Below, in pieces: positions 1 to 8,986 of a stretch of 64,000 nucleotides of DNA. The position numbers and the translations under genes were made by a program. The DNA is taken from contig OX638292.1 of the NCBI GenBank assembly GCA_951812285.1, positions 230,774 to 294,773 of the forward strand, read 5' to 3'. The notes under the pieces are model-generated. The model was given only the letters and a program-made list of their open reading frames with translations. It was not told the DNA's origin and ran no database searches. Source of the DNA: an uncultured Dehalococcoidia bacterium (GTDB taxonomy: Bacteria; Chloroflexota; Dehalococcoidia; Lucifugimonadales; UBA1127). The number at the start of each line of letters is the position of its first letter. Position 1 is the first letter of the stretch.

Positions 1-113
1 ATCTAGAGCAGTTCAAAGCCGTCCCGTCCGTTTGGCTTCCTGAATGGAACAGTGTGAACGGGCGGGACGTGTGCGCCGGAAAGGTGCGCATTAACTGAAG
101 ATGGAGGGACGTC

Positions 114-1223
114 ATGGCAGAGAAATCAGCGGCGGCAGTCATTATTGCGCCAAGGGAGTTCGAGATCCGGGAATTCGACCTGCCGGACATCCCGCCCGAC
201 GGCGGGCTCCTGCGCATCGAGCGCTGCGGCATTTGCGGCAGTGACGTCCACGGCTACGACCGCATGGGCGAGGGCGTGCGCATCATGGGCCACGAGAACC
301 TCGGCTGGGTCGCCAAGATCGGCTCGGAGGCGTCCAAGCGCTGGGGCGTGAAGGAAGGCGACCGGGTTGCGGTGGAAGAGTACGTGCCCTGCGGCTCCTG
401 TGAGCTGTGCCGCACAGGGTATCCGCGGTTCTGCCCCCAGACCAGCTCCTTCGGTCACACCGGCGAGAACCCGCGCCTCTGGTACGGCTCCACGCCCATC
501 GACGTGGAGCCCGCCCTCTGGGGCGGTTACAGCCAGTACATGTACATGCATCCGGGCGCCATGGTGCACAAGGTCCCGGACCATGTCGACGCCTCGGAGG
601 CCGCCTTCTTCCTGCCGTTCAGCAATGGCTACGAGTGGGCCGTCGAGTACGGTGGCGCCTCCATTGGCAAGACCGTCGTCGTGCAGGGGCCCGGCCAGCA
701 GGGCCTCGCCGCTGTCATCGCGGCGCGGGAGGCCGGCGCGTCCATGATCATCGTCAGCGGCATGGGCCGTGACGAGCACCGCCTCGAGATCGCCCGCCGC
801 ATGGGCGCTGACTACACAGTGGACGTAGAGGCCGAGGATCTCGTCGAGAAGGTTATGCACTACACCGGTGGCCACGGCGCGGACGTAGTCGTGAACGTGA
901 CCGGCGGTGGCCGCGAGACGGTCAAGGAAGGCATCGACATGGCCGCGTTCAACGCCGTGGTCTGCCTGCCCGCCGCCGGCAACGAGACCATCTCTGTAGG
1001 TGGCACCGGCCGCAAGAACCTCACCATGAAGTGGTGCCATGGCCACTCCTACCGGTCGGTGGAGCGCGCCATCAGCACCATTGCCTCCGGGCGCTACCCC
1101 ATCAAGGAGATCGTCACCCACCACTTTGGGCTGAAGGACCTCAAGTACGCCATCGACTCCGTCGGTGGCGTCGGCGCCCCCGGCGCCATCCACGTCAGCA
1201 TCGACCCATGGATGGACCTCTAG
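114..1223 (+). CDS. Zn-dependent alcohol dehydrogenase, MDR superfamily (threonine/sorbitol dehydrogenase-like)
   Basis: 369-aa ORF. Catalytic-Zn motifs CGICGSDVH and GHENLG. Structural-Zn cluster CGSCELCRTGYPRFC. Rossmann GPGQQG. GGAGGG 5 nt upstream of the ATG. Confidence 0.85.
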   Translation: MAEKSAAAVIIAPREFEIREFDLPDIPPDGGLLRIERCGICGSDVHGYDRMGEGVRIMGHENLGWVAKIGSEASKRWGVKEGDRVAVEEYVPCGSCELCRTGYPRFCPQTSSFGHTGENPRLWYGSTPIDVEPALWGGYSQYMYMHPGAMVHKVPDHVDASEAAFFLPFSNGYEWAVEYGGASIGKTVVVQGPGQQGLAAVIAAREAGASMIIVSGMGRDEHRLEIARRMGADYTVDVEAEDLVEKVMHYTGGHGADVVVNVTGGGRETVKEGIDMAAFNAVVCLPAAGNETISVGGTGRKNLTMKWCHGHSYRSVERAISTIASGRYPIKEIVTHHFGLKDLKYAIDSVGGVGAPGAIHVSIDPWMDL

Positions 1224-1242
1224 GGAACACTGGCGAGAATGT

Positions 1243-1278
1243 GAAGGGCCCCGCTCCAACGCCGGAGCGGGGCCCTTC
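1243..1278. terminator. Bidirectional intrinsic-terminator-like hairpin between convergent adh and secF
   Basis: Perfect 15-bp stem GAAGGGCCCCGCTCC / GGAGCGGGGCCCTTC with a 6-nt loop, in the 88-nt gap between two convergent genes. Confidence 0.6.
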
Positions 1279-1311
1279 AATATCAGGCGGGTCTTGGAGT
1301 CTCGAGGCGCG

Positions 1312-2253
1312 CTACCCCCTGGTCGTCGCCTCCGTCGGTGTACTGCGTCGGAATGGCAGCCAGCCCCGCTGCTCCCACACGAGCAGCAGCTGGCTCGCGA
1401 TGCCAATGGAGCTGTACGTCCCCACAATGACGCCGATGAGCAACGTGAAGAGCAGGCTCTGGATGGTGCCGCCGCCCATGAGCAGCAGTGCCAGTATCAC
1501 CGTCAGCGTCGTAATGCTGGTCGTCAGCGACCGCCCCAGCGTCTCCATGATGCTGACGTTGATGGTCGTCGCAAAGTCGCGTGAGATGCGGCGCGCCGTG
1601 TTCTCCCGGATGCGGTCGAACACCACAATAGTGTCATGCACGCTATAGCCCACCACGGTCAGGATGCCCGTGATGAACATGGCGTTCACCTCGAGGTCGA
1701 TCACCTTGCCGAGGATGGAGAACAGTCCAAGCGTGATGAGCACGTCATGGATGCCCGCAATGATCGCCGCGGCGCCCAGCCGCATCGAGTTTGGCATCAG
1801 CCGGAAGGCGAACGAGATGTAAAGCATGATGAATACCGACGCCACGCCCACGGCGATGCCCGCGTTGCGGATGGTCTCCTTGGCGACCACCTCGGACACA
1901 GCGGACAGCTCGGAAGTCTCGATTGCGCCGAACTCCAGTTGCAGGCGGTCCTCGATGTTCTCCCGCTCGGAGACGTCGGCCTCGGTCATGGGGCTCTGCA
2001 GCGTGCGTGTTCTGATGAGGACGCCCGTTTCGCCGACACGCTGCACTACGGCCTGTGGGTGGTCCAGTTCGGCCATGACCTCACGGATGCGGGCCTCGTC
2101 GATGGCCTCGGCAAAGGTGATGGAGAGGGCTGACCCGCCCTCAAACTCGATGCCCACCTGGAAGCGGGGCTGGATCGCCATACTGACGATGCCCACCAGA
2201 ATGATGATTGCGGAGAGCATGAAGAAGAACTTGCGCTTGCCTACAAAGTCCAT
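1312..2253 (-). CDS. secF: Protein translocase subunit SecF
   Basis: 313 aa. N-terminal TM, periplasmic loop, then a C-terminal 5-6 TM SecD/SecF domain. Starts 3 nt after the secD stop. Confidence 0.9.
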   Translation of the reverse strand: MDFVGKRKFFFMLSAIIILVGIVSMAIQPRFQVGIEFEGGSALSITFAEAIDEARIREVMAELDHPQAVVQRVGETGVLIRTRTLQSPMTEADVSERENIEDRLQLEFGAIETSELSAVSEVVAKETIRNAGIAVGVASVFIMLYISFAFRLMPNSMRLGAAAIIAGIHDVLITLGLFSILGKVIDLEVNAMFITGILTVVGYSVHDTIVVFDRIRENTARRISRDFATTINVSIMETLGRSLTTSITTLTVILALLLMGGGTIQSLLFTLLIGVIVGTYSSIGIASQLLLVWEQRGWLPFRRSTPTEATTRG

Positions 2254-2256
2254 GGC

Positions 2257-3627
2257 CTACCCCCTCCCTCCCTGGGCCTGGGATCGTCGGCCAGGACCCG
2301 TGACGGCCGCACGCCTGCCGGGCACCGGCGTAAAGAGGCCGGTGAACCGGGAGAGCGGAGTCATCGCAAGGATACGCAGTAGCGTTTGGCTGATGATGAC
2401 GGCGGTGAACATGCTCGTCGCAACGCCGATGAAGAGCGTGACCGCAAATCCGGTCACCGCGGACGCGCCAAACCGGGATCCGAACCAGAAGAGGATGGCG
2501 CACGTGATCATTGTCGCGACGTTGCTGTTGAGAATGGCCGGCCACGCTCGGCTGAAGCCCGTACTGATGGCCCCGAGCAGCGCCCGCCCCGTTCTGAGCT
2601 CCTCTTTGGTGCGTTCAGATATGAGGATATTGGCGTCCACCGCAACGCCGATGGACAGGATGAACCCCGCAATGCCCGCAAGCGTCAGCGTCACGGGCAC
2701 CAGCTTGACGATGAACATGACGAGGACGATGTAGCAGATAAGTGCAAGGCTCGCCATGATGCCCGGCACGCGGTAGTACAGGATCATGAAGAGCACTACG
2801 AGTGCAAAGCCGATGATGCCAGCCACCAGGCTTCGGTTAAGCGACTCCTCACCGAGCGTCGCATCCACGTTCTGCTCGGAGATGACCGCGATGGGGGTGT
2901 CTAGCCGCCCTTCCTCAAGCTGAATGGAGATGGTCCGAACCCGTTCGAAAGTGAAGTCCGGCCCTTCGATGAATGCCTGCCCGCCCAAGATCGGCTGCCG
3001 TGCAACCGGCGCGACGATCAACTCGTCGTCGAGGAAGATGGCTGTACGGTCATTGGTGCCGGAAATGCGTGAGGTCGATTCTGCGAAGAGCCGGGCGCCC
3101 TCTGCATTGAACTCAAGGTTGACGATAGGGTTGTTGGTTGTCGGGTGAGTGCCGGCGTAAGCGCGGGCAAGGAGCTCGCCGGTGAGGCCGATGTCCTGAT
3201 CAGAGAAGTCCGTGCATAGGGAGTCGGCGCAAATCCGCTCCTTGAACTCGAGCTTGCCTGTAGAGCCGATGAGCCGCTTGGCCTCCTCCACGTCCTCTAC
3301 GCCGGGGAGCTGGATGAGTACGCGGTTCTCACCGAGAAGCTGGATGGACGGCTCCGTAACGCCAAAGGCGTTGGTGCGCCTCTCGATCTTCTCCTGCACA
3401 CCCGCCATCTGCGACGCCGTGACGCCGTCCTCGACGGCCTCATAGATGAGCTGGACGCCGCCCTGCAGGTCCAGCCCGAGCGTCAGTCCCAGAGGGCCAT
3501 CATCGTCGCCTCGGGAGAAGTTAAACGTGAAGACGTTGATGTCGTAGGTCTGTACGGCGAGGCCCCACACCGCAACCGCGACGAGGATAACTATGAGGGC
3601 CAGCCTCCTAACGTCCTTGTTAACCAT
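2257..3627 (-). CDS. secD: Protein translocase subunit SecD
   Basis: 456 aa. N-terminal TM, large extracytoplasmic domain (LGLDLQGG motif), C-terminal multi-TM SecD/SecF domain. Immediately upstream of secF. Confidence 0.9.
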   Translation of the reverse strand: MVNKDVRRLALIVILVAVAVWGLAVQTYDINVFTFNFSRGDDDGPLGLTLGLDLQGGVQLIYEAVEDGVTASQMAGVQEKIERRTNAFGVTEPSIQLLGENRVLIQLPGVEDVEEAKRLIGSTGKLEFKERICADSLCTDFSDQDIGLTGELLARAYAGTHPTTNNPIVNLEFNAEGARLFAESTSRISGTNDRTAIFLDDELIVAPVARQPILGGQAFIEGPDFTFERVRTISIQLEEGRLDTPIAVISEQNVDATLGEESLNRSLVAGIIGFALVVLFMILYYRVPGIMASLALICYIVLVMFIVKLVPVTLTLAGIAGFILSIGVAVDANILISERTKEELRTGRALLGAISTGFSRAWPAILNSNVATMITCAILFWFGSRFGASAVTGFAVTLFIGVATSMFTAVIISQTLLRILAMTPLSRFTGLFTPVPGRRAAVTGPGRRSQAQGGRG

Positions 3628-5098
3628 GCCGCGCCTCCGCTTTGGCAGGCGCTCTTCCCAACACTTGGCTCACCAGGGTCACCGCCTCTTCTCGAGATTT
3701 CACCTCGCCCGCCGCGCTGGATTCCTGCACCATCTCAAGCAGAGGGCGCAGCTCCGGGCCGGAGGGCAAATTGAACAGCGTCATCAGGTCGTGGCCGGTC
3801 AGCAGCCGCTCGCGGCGCTGTGGTGTCTTTTGTGCGCTCCCCTCGTCCAGCGTGTAACGGATCCGCTCGCACTGCATGGCCCAGTTGTCCAACTCCAACT
3901 CTGGCCCACGGGCCGCCAGATAGTCGGCCAAACTGAGGTAGAGGGTGTCGACCGCCACGTCCTGTAGGTCGCGGTAGTACCTGTATACAGCGCGGGCAGT
4001 CGGCAAATCGCCCTTCTGGGCCAATTGGCTGGGGCGCAGGTGCTGCTCGACCATGATCGCGACCGCCTCGCGAGCCTTGCCGCTGGCCCTCAGACGGCGA
4101 AGCACGTTGCGGGCCGTCGTCGCGCCCTTAACCGGATGGCCCAGGAACCGCACGCGCCCGTTGGGCTGGACCGATTTGGTCTCGGGTTTGGCAACATCGT
4201 GAAGCAAACAGGCGAGCTTCAGGAACGTCGCCCGCGTGTGTCCGTCCGCGTACTCCTCCGCGAAGTAGTCGTCCGCCCAGTCGGGCCATGGGATATGCAT
4301 ACCTGCTGGGTCGCTGGCGCGGTACCCGGCGTCGAGCAACTTCTCCGCGAAATCTACGCAGTGCAACGTGTGGTGGAAAACATCCCAGTGGTGCTCCACC
4401 GGCTGCGCGACGCCCCGGGCGGGCGAGAGTTCAGGAAGCGCCACGTCCAGTAGGCCAAGATCGTCAAGTAACTCCAGCGAGCGACCCACGCTCGGCAAGG
4501 ACAGAATGGTGAGCAGCTCCTCGCGCACGCGCTCCACCGATACATTTGTCAGCAACGGAGCCTGCTCCATGACGGCGCTTGCTGTGTCCTCGTCAATGGC
4601 GAAGCCGGCTTGCGCCGCGATTCGCACGGCGCGCAGCAGCCGCAGGGGGTCGTCGGCGAAAACACCGGGACAGGTCATGCGAACCACGCCATCGCGCAGG
4701 TCCGCTATGCCTCCCGTAGGGTCGACGAGAGGCCATTCGTCTACAGGGCCGCCCGTGTCCGACAGCGGGACGGCAATGGCGTCAACGGTGAAGTCGCGGA
4801 GGCGCAGGTCGGCGGCAATGCCACCGCCCTGCAGGGTGGAAACGTCGACGCGCCAAGTTGCGCCGTCGGCCGGTACGCCGTCAACACGATGGATGCCGCG
4901 ATCGGTGTCTAGGGCCACCTGCGTGCCGCCGAGGGCCCGCGCAATGCTCGCCGCCAGCGCCTCAGCGCCCTCGTGCACGGCGAGGTCAACGTCGTGACAA
5001 GCGCGGCCCAGCAGGGCGTCGCGAACGTAACCGCCAATGAGGCACGGCTGTGCTCCGGTGGCGGCGCAATGCGCACGAAGACGCGGCAGCAGGTCCAA
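3620..5098 (-). CDS. cca: CCA-adding tRNA nucleotidyltransferase with C-terminal HD domain
   Basis: Pol-beta head motif GGYVRDALLGR..HDVDLAV and HD motif LLHDVAKP. The ORF extends to 5179 but would then overlap def by 53 nt. A TTG at 5098 sits 5 nt after AAAGGA and just downstream of the def stop, so it is the more likely start. Confidence 0.8.
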   Translation of the reverse strand: MDLLPRLRAHCAATGAQPCLIGGYVRDALLGRACHDVDLAVHEGAEALAASIARALGGTQVALDTDRGIHRVDGVPADGATWRVDVSTLQGGGIAADLRLRDFTVDAIAVPLSDTGGPVDEWPLVDPTGGIADLRDGVVRMTCPGVFADDPLRLLRAVRIAAQAGFAIDEDTASAVMEQAPLLTNVSVERVREELLTILSLPSVGRSLELLDDLGLLDVALPELSPARGVAQPVEHHWDVFHHTLHCVDFAEKLLDAGYRASDPAGMHIPWPDWADDYFAEEYADGHTRATFLKLACLLHDVAKPETKSVQPNGRVRFLGHPVKGATTARNVLRRLRASGKAREAVAIMVEQHLRPSQLAQKGDLPTARAVYRYYRDLQDVAVDTLYLSLADYLAARGPELELDNWAMQCERIRYTLDEGSAQKTPQRRERLLTGHDLMTLFNLPSGPELRPLLEMVQESSAAGEVKSREEAVTLVSQVLGRAPAKAEARHG

Positions 5099-5126
5099 GG
5101 AAATCCTTTCTCGACGGTATTGCAGA

Positions 5127-5696
5127 TTATTTCTCTGTTGATGGGCCGTCGTCCGGTGCCTCGTCATCGTCCGGCTCATCGGTGTGTTCTCGGGCGTACT
5201 GCGGCGGTGGCCCCTCGGACAGCTTCCAGATGGCGTCCCTTGCCACCAGGTGCTCCAGGTATAGATGGCCGTTCAGGTGGCCGATCTCGTGCTCTAGCGC
5301 CTGCGCCAGCAAGTTGTCCTTCGCCGTCAACCGGTGTTTGCGGCCTTGCAGGTCTTGGTAACGGACCTTCACTCGCTCCGAGCGGCTGACCAGCCCCTGA
5401 TACCCGGTGACGCTCAGGCAACCCTCGTATAGCTTGCGTTCGCCCTCGTGCGAGATCAGTTCCGGGTTCACGAATACGCGAACGTCCTCCTCCGGGATCT
5501 CGATAACGCAGAGCATGAGCGGCACGCCAATCTGGTTTGCCGCCAGGCCGACGCCGTTGGCGCCTCGCATAGCCTCGATCATCTCCTCAACCAGCGCGGG
5601 CAGCGATGCATCGAAAGTGGTCACCTTCAGAGTCTTCCGCGTCAGCACCGGCTCCGGAAACTGGCAGATGGGTCGAACGTCCAAGCCCGCCCTCAC
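5127..5696 (-). CDS. def: Peptide deformylase (with acidic C-terminal extension)
   Basis: 189 aa with the three PDF motifs: GVGLAANQIG, EGCLS, HEIGHLNG. Confidence 0.9.
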   Translation of the reverse strand: MRAGLDVRPICQFPEPVLTRKTLKVTTFDASLPALVEEMIEAMRGANGVGLAANQIGVPLMLCVIEIPEEDVRVFVNPELISHEGERKLYEGCLSVTGYQGLVSRSERVKVRYQDLQGRKHRLTAKDNLLAQALEHEIGHLNGHLYLEHLVARDAIWKLSEGPPPQYAREHTDEPDDDEAPDDGPSTEK

Positions 5697-5904
5697 GAGA
5701 GTGTGTCGATTACAACTAATCCATTATATGGACGGCCCTAGTCACAGTAAAGGAGCGCGGGTTGTCGCGGGGCGGTCGAGGTGGGGCTTTCCCCACCTGA
5801 CATGCCGCCTTGACTTTGATAGGGGGTGCTGCAAGACTTAGCCGACGTTCCGCCCCCTAGTCATAGGCATATATGCCAGCCGTTGAGAGAGGTATCGGCG
5901 CGCC

Positions 5905-6891
5905 ATGCCCCCGTTGCTGGAAGTCCGCGACCTGCACGCCCACTTCGTCACTCGCATGGGGACGGTGAAGGCTGTCAATGGTGTGAGTTTCACGCTGGAA
6001 GAAGGACAGGTCCTCGGCTTGGTGGGGGAGAGCGGGTCCGGCAAGAGCACCCTTGCGCTGTCGTTGGTGCGGCTCACGCCGTTCCCCGGCGAGGTCGTTG
6101 GCGGCGAAGTCCTGCTGAATGGCCGTGACCTGATGCAGATGACAGAGATCGAGTTGCAGCAGATCCGGGGCAGAGAGATCGGCATCGTGCTGCAGGATGC
6201 CAACGCCGCACTAAACCCCACGCTGCGCATCGACAATCAGATGGTCGAGGCCCTGGAAGGGCACTTTGCGATGGGCCGCAAGCAGGCTGAGCGCCTTGCT
6301 GTTGACCTCCTGCGCGACATGGGGCTGCCGGACGCCCGGGAGATGATGAAACGATACCCGTACCAGGTTAGCGGTGGGCAGGCACAACGCATCATGCTCG
6401 CCATGGCGCTCGCGCTCAACCCCAAGATCATCGTCGCCGACGAACCCACGGCCAACCTTGATGTCACCATTCAGGCGGAGATTCTGGCCAGGCTGCGGCG
6501 GCTGCAGAAACAGAACGGCGCCGCCATCCTCTACATCACGCACGACTTGGGCGTCGTGAGCCGTGTCGCCGACGAGATCGCCGTCATTTACGCGGGCTCC
6601 ATCATGGAGCGGGCGTCGGCGCGGAATCTTTTCGATCGGCCGACGAACCCATACTCACACGCGCTGCTCCAAAGCCTGCCGCGCATCGACGTCAAACAGC
6701 AACGGCTCGAATCGATTCAGGGACAGCCTCCGGACCTGATGGACCTTCCCGACGAGTGCCCGTTCCTGCCCCGGTGCGGCAAGGCGCTCGCCACTTGTCG
6801 CGTCAACCCCAAGCCGGAACTTGTGGAGATGTACGACAACCACTTCGTAGCCTGCTTCAACCCCATGGACCCGGCGGGCAATTTACGGTGA
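5905..6891 (+). CDS. ABC transporter ATP-binding protein, dipeptide/oligopeptide (DppD/OppD) type
   Basis: 328 aa. Walker A GESGSGKST, signature VSGGQAQR, Walker B IIVADEPT, and the oligopeptide-type C-terminal domain (NPYSHALLQSLP). No permease or SBP gene is adjacent. Confidence 0.85.
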   Translation: MPPLLEVRDLHAHFVTRMGTVKAVNGVSFTLEEGQVLGLVGESGSGKSTLALSLVRLTPFPGEVVGGEVLLNGRDLMQMTEIELQQIRGREIGIVLQDANAALNPTLRIDNQMVEALEGHFAMGRKQAERLAVDLLRDMGLPDAREMMKRYPYQVSGGQAQRIMLAMALALNPKIIVADEPTANLDVTIQAEILARLRRLQKQNGAAILYITHDLGVVSRVADEIAVIYAGSIMERASARNLFDRPTNPYSHALLQSLPRIDVKQQRLESIQGQPPDLMDLPDECPFLPRCGKALATCRVNPKPELVEMYDNHFVACFNPMDPAGNLR

Positions 6892-6908
6892 CGGTCAACC
6901 ATTCTGAA

Positions 6909-6949
6909 GCATAAGGAACGGGACGCTTCAAGCGTCCCGTTCCTTATGC
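6909..6949. terminator. Bidirectional terminator-like hairpin between the convergent ABC ATPase and hsp20
   Basis: Perfect 18-bp stem GCATAAGGAACGGGACGC / GCGTCCCGTTCCTTATGC with a 5-nt loop. Confidence 0.6.
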
Positions 6950-6968
6950 CGTGGGAATACTGCCGTGA

Positions 6969-7409
6969 TTAGCTGCCGGCGTTGACCGTGAGCTTGCGAG
7001 CCTTCTTCTCCTCAGACTTCGGCAGCGTGACAGTTAGCACGCCGAGCTCGTAGTTGGTGGCCGCCTCGTCCGCGTCGACCGACTCTGGCAGGCTGAGAGA
7101 GCGGTGGAATGCTCCGGTGCGTCGCTCCCTGACGATGAAACGCTCGTCTTCGTTCTCCTTGGCGAACTCTGCCTTGGCATGGATTGAGAGGACGTTGTCC
7201 TCGATGGTGACGTCAATGTCCTCCGGCTTGATGCCCGGGACAGATGCCGTCACGACGACTCCCTCCTCGCGCTCCGTAACGTCGAGCGGTAGGAGCCACT
7301 CGGCGGTGTCAGGATTCTCCGCCTGGCGGCTGAACCCACGCCAGCCGCAGTTGCGCTGGCTGTGAAACCTTCGCGGCTCCCGAAATAGATCGTAAAGCAA
7401 ACCGTACAT
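6969..7409 (-). CDS. Small heat-shock protein, Hsp20/alpha-crystallin family
   Basis: 146 aa. The alpha-crystallin domain pattern (..VTASVPGIKPEDIDVTIEDNVLSI...F.RS..LP..VD...A.Y..GVL.V.LPK) is readable directly. AAGGAGG RBS. Confidence 0.9.
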   Translation of the reverse strand: MYGLLYDLFREPRRFHSQRNCGWRGFSRQAENPDTAEWLLPLDVTEREEGVVVTASVPGIKPEDIDVTIEDNVLSIHAKAEFAKENEDERFIVRERRTGAFHRSLSLPESVDADEAATNYELGVLTVTLPKSEEKKARKLTVNAGS

Positions 7410-7511
7410 CGTGCACCTCCTTGTTCTTGCGCGTGGGCACTCATATGTACCATAGTGGCCGAGGCCCCAACACCTAATGTCTGGCTTGGGACTGGCATTG
7501 CCTCAAGGGAT

Positions 7512-7540
7512 AGCATACCACTGTTGTTTCCATTAGTCAA
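7512..7540 (-). promoter_or_regulatory. Candidate sigma70-type promoter for hsp20
   Basis: On the minus strand: TTGACT, 17 nt, TATGCT. It lies in an AT-rich divergent intergenic region, giving a leader of about 95 nt. Confidence 0.4.
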
Positions 7541-7569
7541 TAAGATTATTGAAACAAAATTCAAGTAAC

Positions 7570-7598
7570 TTGACATGATACGTGTCACAGTTTATAGT
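7570..7598 (+). promoter_or_regulatory. Candidate sigma70-type promoter of the dnaJ-hspR-clpB operon, with an embedded inverted repeat
   Basis: TTGACA (7570-7575), 17 nt, TATAGT (7593-7598). The inverted repeat TGACA-N7-TGTCA (7571-7587) occupies the spacer. Confidence 0.5.
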
Positions 7599-7618
7599 CT
7601 TGACTTGGAGAAGCAGAT

Positions 7619-8590
7619 ATGGCGTCCGACTACTACAATGTTCTTGGCATCGACCGGAACGCGGGTGAGAAGGAAGTGCGCGCAGCGTTCCGTAAGCTCG
7701 CGCGCAAGTACCACCCCGACATCAACCGCGGCGAGGCCAATGCCACCGAGCGCTTCAAGGAAATCAATGAGGCGCATGAGGTGCTCTCTAACCCCGACTC
7801 AAGGCGCCTCTATGACCGCTACGGGGACAACTGGCGCGATGCGCAGCGCGGCGGAGCGCCGTTCCAGGGTGGTCGCAGGTGGCGCACCGAGACCATCGAC
7901 CCCGAGGCATTCGAGGATTTCTTCAGTAGCGGGTCGGGTGGCTTCTTTGACTCCTTTTTCCGCACCGCCCGTGGTACTCGGCAGCGTGGTCCTTCTGCCC
8001 AGCGTCCTTTGGCGATCGAACAGCCTGTTGAACTGACGTTGGAGGAGGCTTTCCACGGTACTACCCGGGCTCTTCAGGTAGCCGGCCAAATGCCGTGCTC
8101 CGCCTGCAATGGCGTGGGCGTGATCAGCAGGCAGGCATGCCGGGCATGCCTGGGGCAGGGCTATTCCTACCAACCGGTTCGCGGTGAGGTCTCCATCCCG
8201 GCGGGCGTTGACAATGGTTCACGCGTGCGCGTGTCGCCCGGCGGGCAGCAGGTGGTGCTCGTCGTGACCGTGCAACCGCACCTGCGATTCGAACGCAAGG
8301 GAGAAGACCTCTCCACGGAGATTACGGTGCCTGTCTACGACGCCATCCTCGGCGCGGAGGCTGTCGTGCCGACACTGACGGGGCAGGTGGCGCTGAAGCT
8401 GCCCCCGGAGTCGCAGAACGGCCGCGTCTTCCGGTTGGGACGGCAGGGCATGCCCAAGCTTGGCGCTCCCTCGGAGCGGGGAAACCTCTTTGTGACGATC
8501 AGGACGGAGCTGCCGACGGACCTTTCAGACGAAGAGCGCGGGATGTTCGAACGGCTCAGGGAGATTCGCGGCAACTCGGGAGGCGAGTGA
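7619..8590 (+). CDS. dnaJ: DnaJ-class co-chaperone with a reduced (two-repeat) zinc-finger region
   Basis: 323 aa. J-domain with HPD (KYHPDIN) and a G/F-rich linker. Only two CxxCxGxG repeats (CSACNGVG, CRACLGQG) instead of four. DnaJ C-terminal substrate-binding domains present. Confidence 0.85.
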   Translation: MASDYYNVLGIDRNAGEKEVRAAFRKLARKYHPDINRGEANATERFKEINEAHEVLSNPDSRRLYDRYGDNWRDAQRGGAPFQGGRRWRTETIDPEAFEDFFSSGSGGFFDSFFRTARGTRQRGPSAQRPLAIEQPVELTLEEAFHGTTRALQVAGQMPCSACNGVGVISRQACRACLGQGYSYQPVRGEVSIPAGVDNGSRVRVSPGGQQVVLVVTVQPHLRFERKGEDLSTEITVPVYDAILGAEAVVPTLTGQVALKLPPESQNGRVFRLGRQGMPKLGAPSERGNLFVTIRTELPTDLSDEERGMFERLREIRGNSGGE

Positions 8591-8961
8591 TGACGACGAG
8601 AGAGCAGCCGGGCTGGGACGAACCCTGCTACGTGATAAGCGTGGTGTCCCGCATGGTGGGCGTTACGGCACAGTCCCTGCGCTATTTCGAGCGCATCGAA
8701 TTGGTGGAGCCCTCGCGGTCCGGCGGCAATATCCGCCTGTACTCGCCACGGGACATCGAGAGGCTTCGACGAATCAAGACACTAATTTACGACATGGGCG
8801 TCAACGCGGCGGGGGTTGAGGTCATCCTCCGCCTGACTGATCGCATCCAACAATTGGAGGGACATGTGGACTTCCTTCGCGACGAACTTGACCGAATGGT
8901 TGAGGAGGCCGAGAGAGACGCTGAGACGCAGACGGTCGAGGGTACCGTGCGCGAAGGCTAG
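8587..8961 (+). CDS. hspR: MerR-family heat-shock repressor HspR
   Basis: 124 aa. MerR wHTH (YVISVVSRMVGVTAQSLRYFERIELVEP). Start (GTG 8587 or ATG 8590) overlaps the dnaJ stop. Lies between dnaJ and clpB, as in known HspR regulons. Confidence 0.8.
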   Translation: MMTTREQPGWDEPCYVISVVSRMVGVTAQSLRYFERIELVEPSRSGGNIRLYSPRDIERLRRIKTLIYDMGVNAAGVEVILRLTDRIQQLEGHVDFLRDELDRMVEEAERDAETQTVEGTVREG

Positions 8962-8986
8962 TGCCGCTATATTCGGAGGCAGGCTC

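Noticed and set aside
7484-7610. Canonical HAIR operator (CTTGAGT-N7-ACTCAAG) for HspR.
   Set aside because: There is no exact or near-exact match. Only related inverted repeats with different half-sites or spacing are present, and these are reported as candidates rather than annotated as HAIR.
8864-8986. The upstream start given for clpB in the ORF track (and likewise for 5099-5179 cca, 16263-16331 R0, 17382-17522 PAC2, 17508-17582, 19707-19736, 21784-21822, 25136-25195, 28611-28661, 50464-50544, 58347-58523).
   Set aside because: The extensions overlap neighbouring genes or add Arg-rich, non-conserved peptides. Internal starts with a good SD, and agreement among paralog or ortholog N-termini, are preferred.
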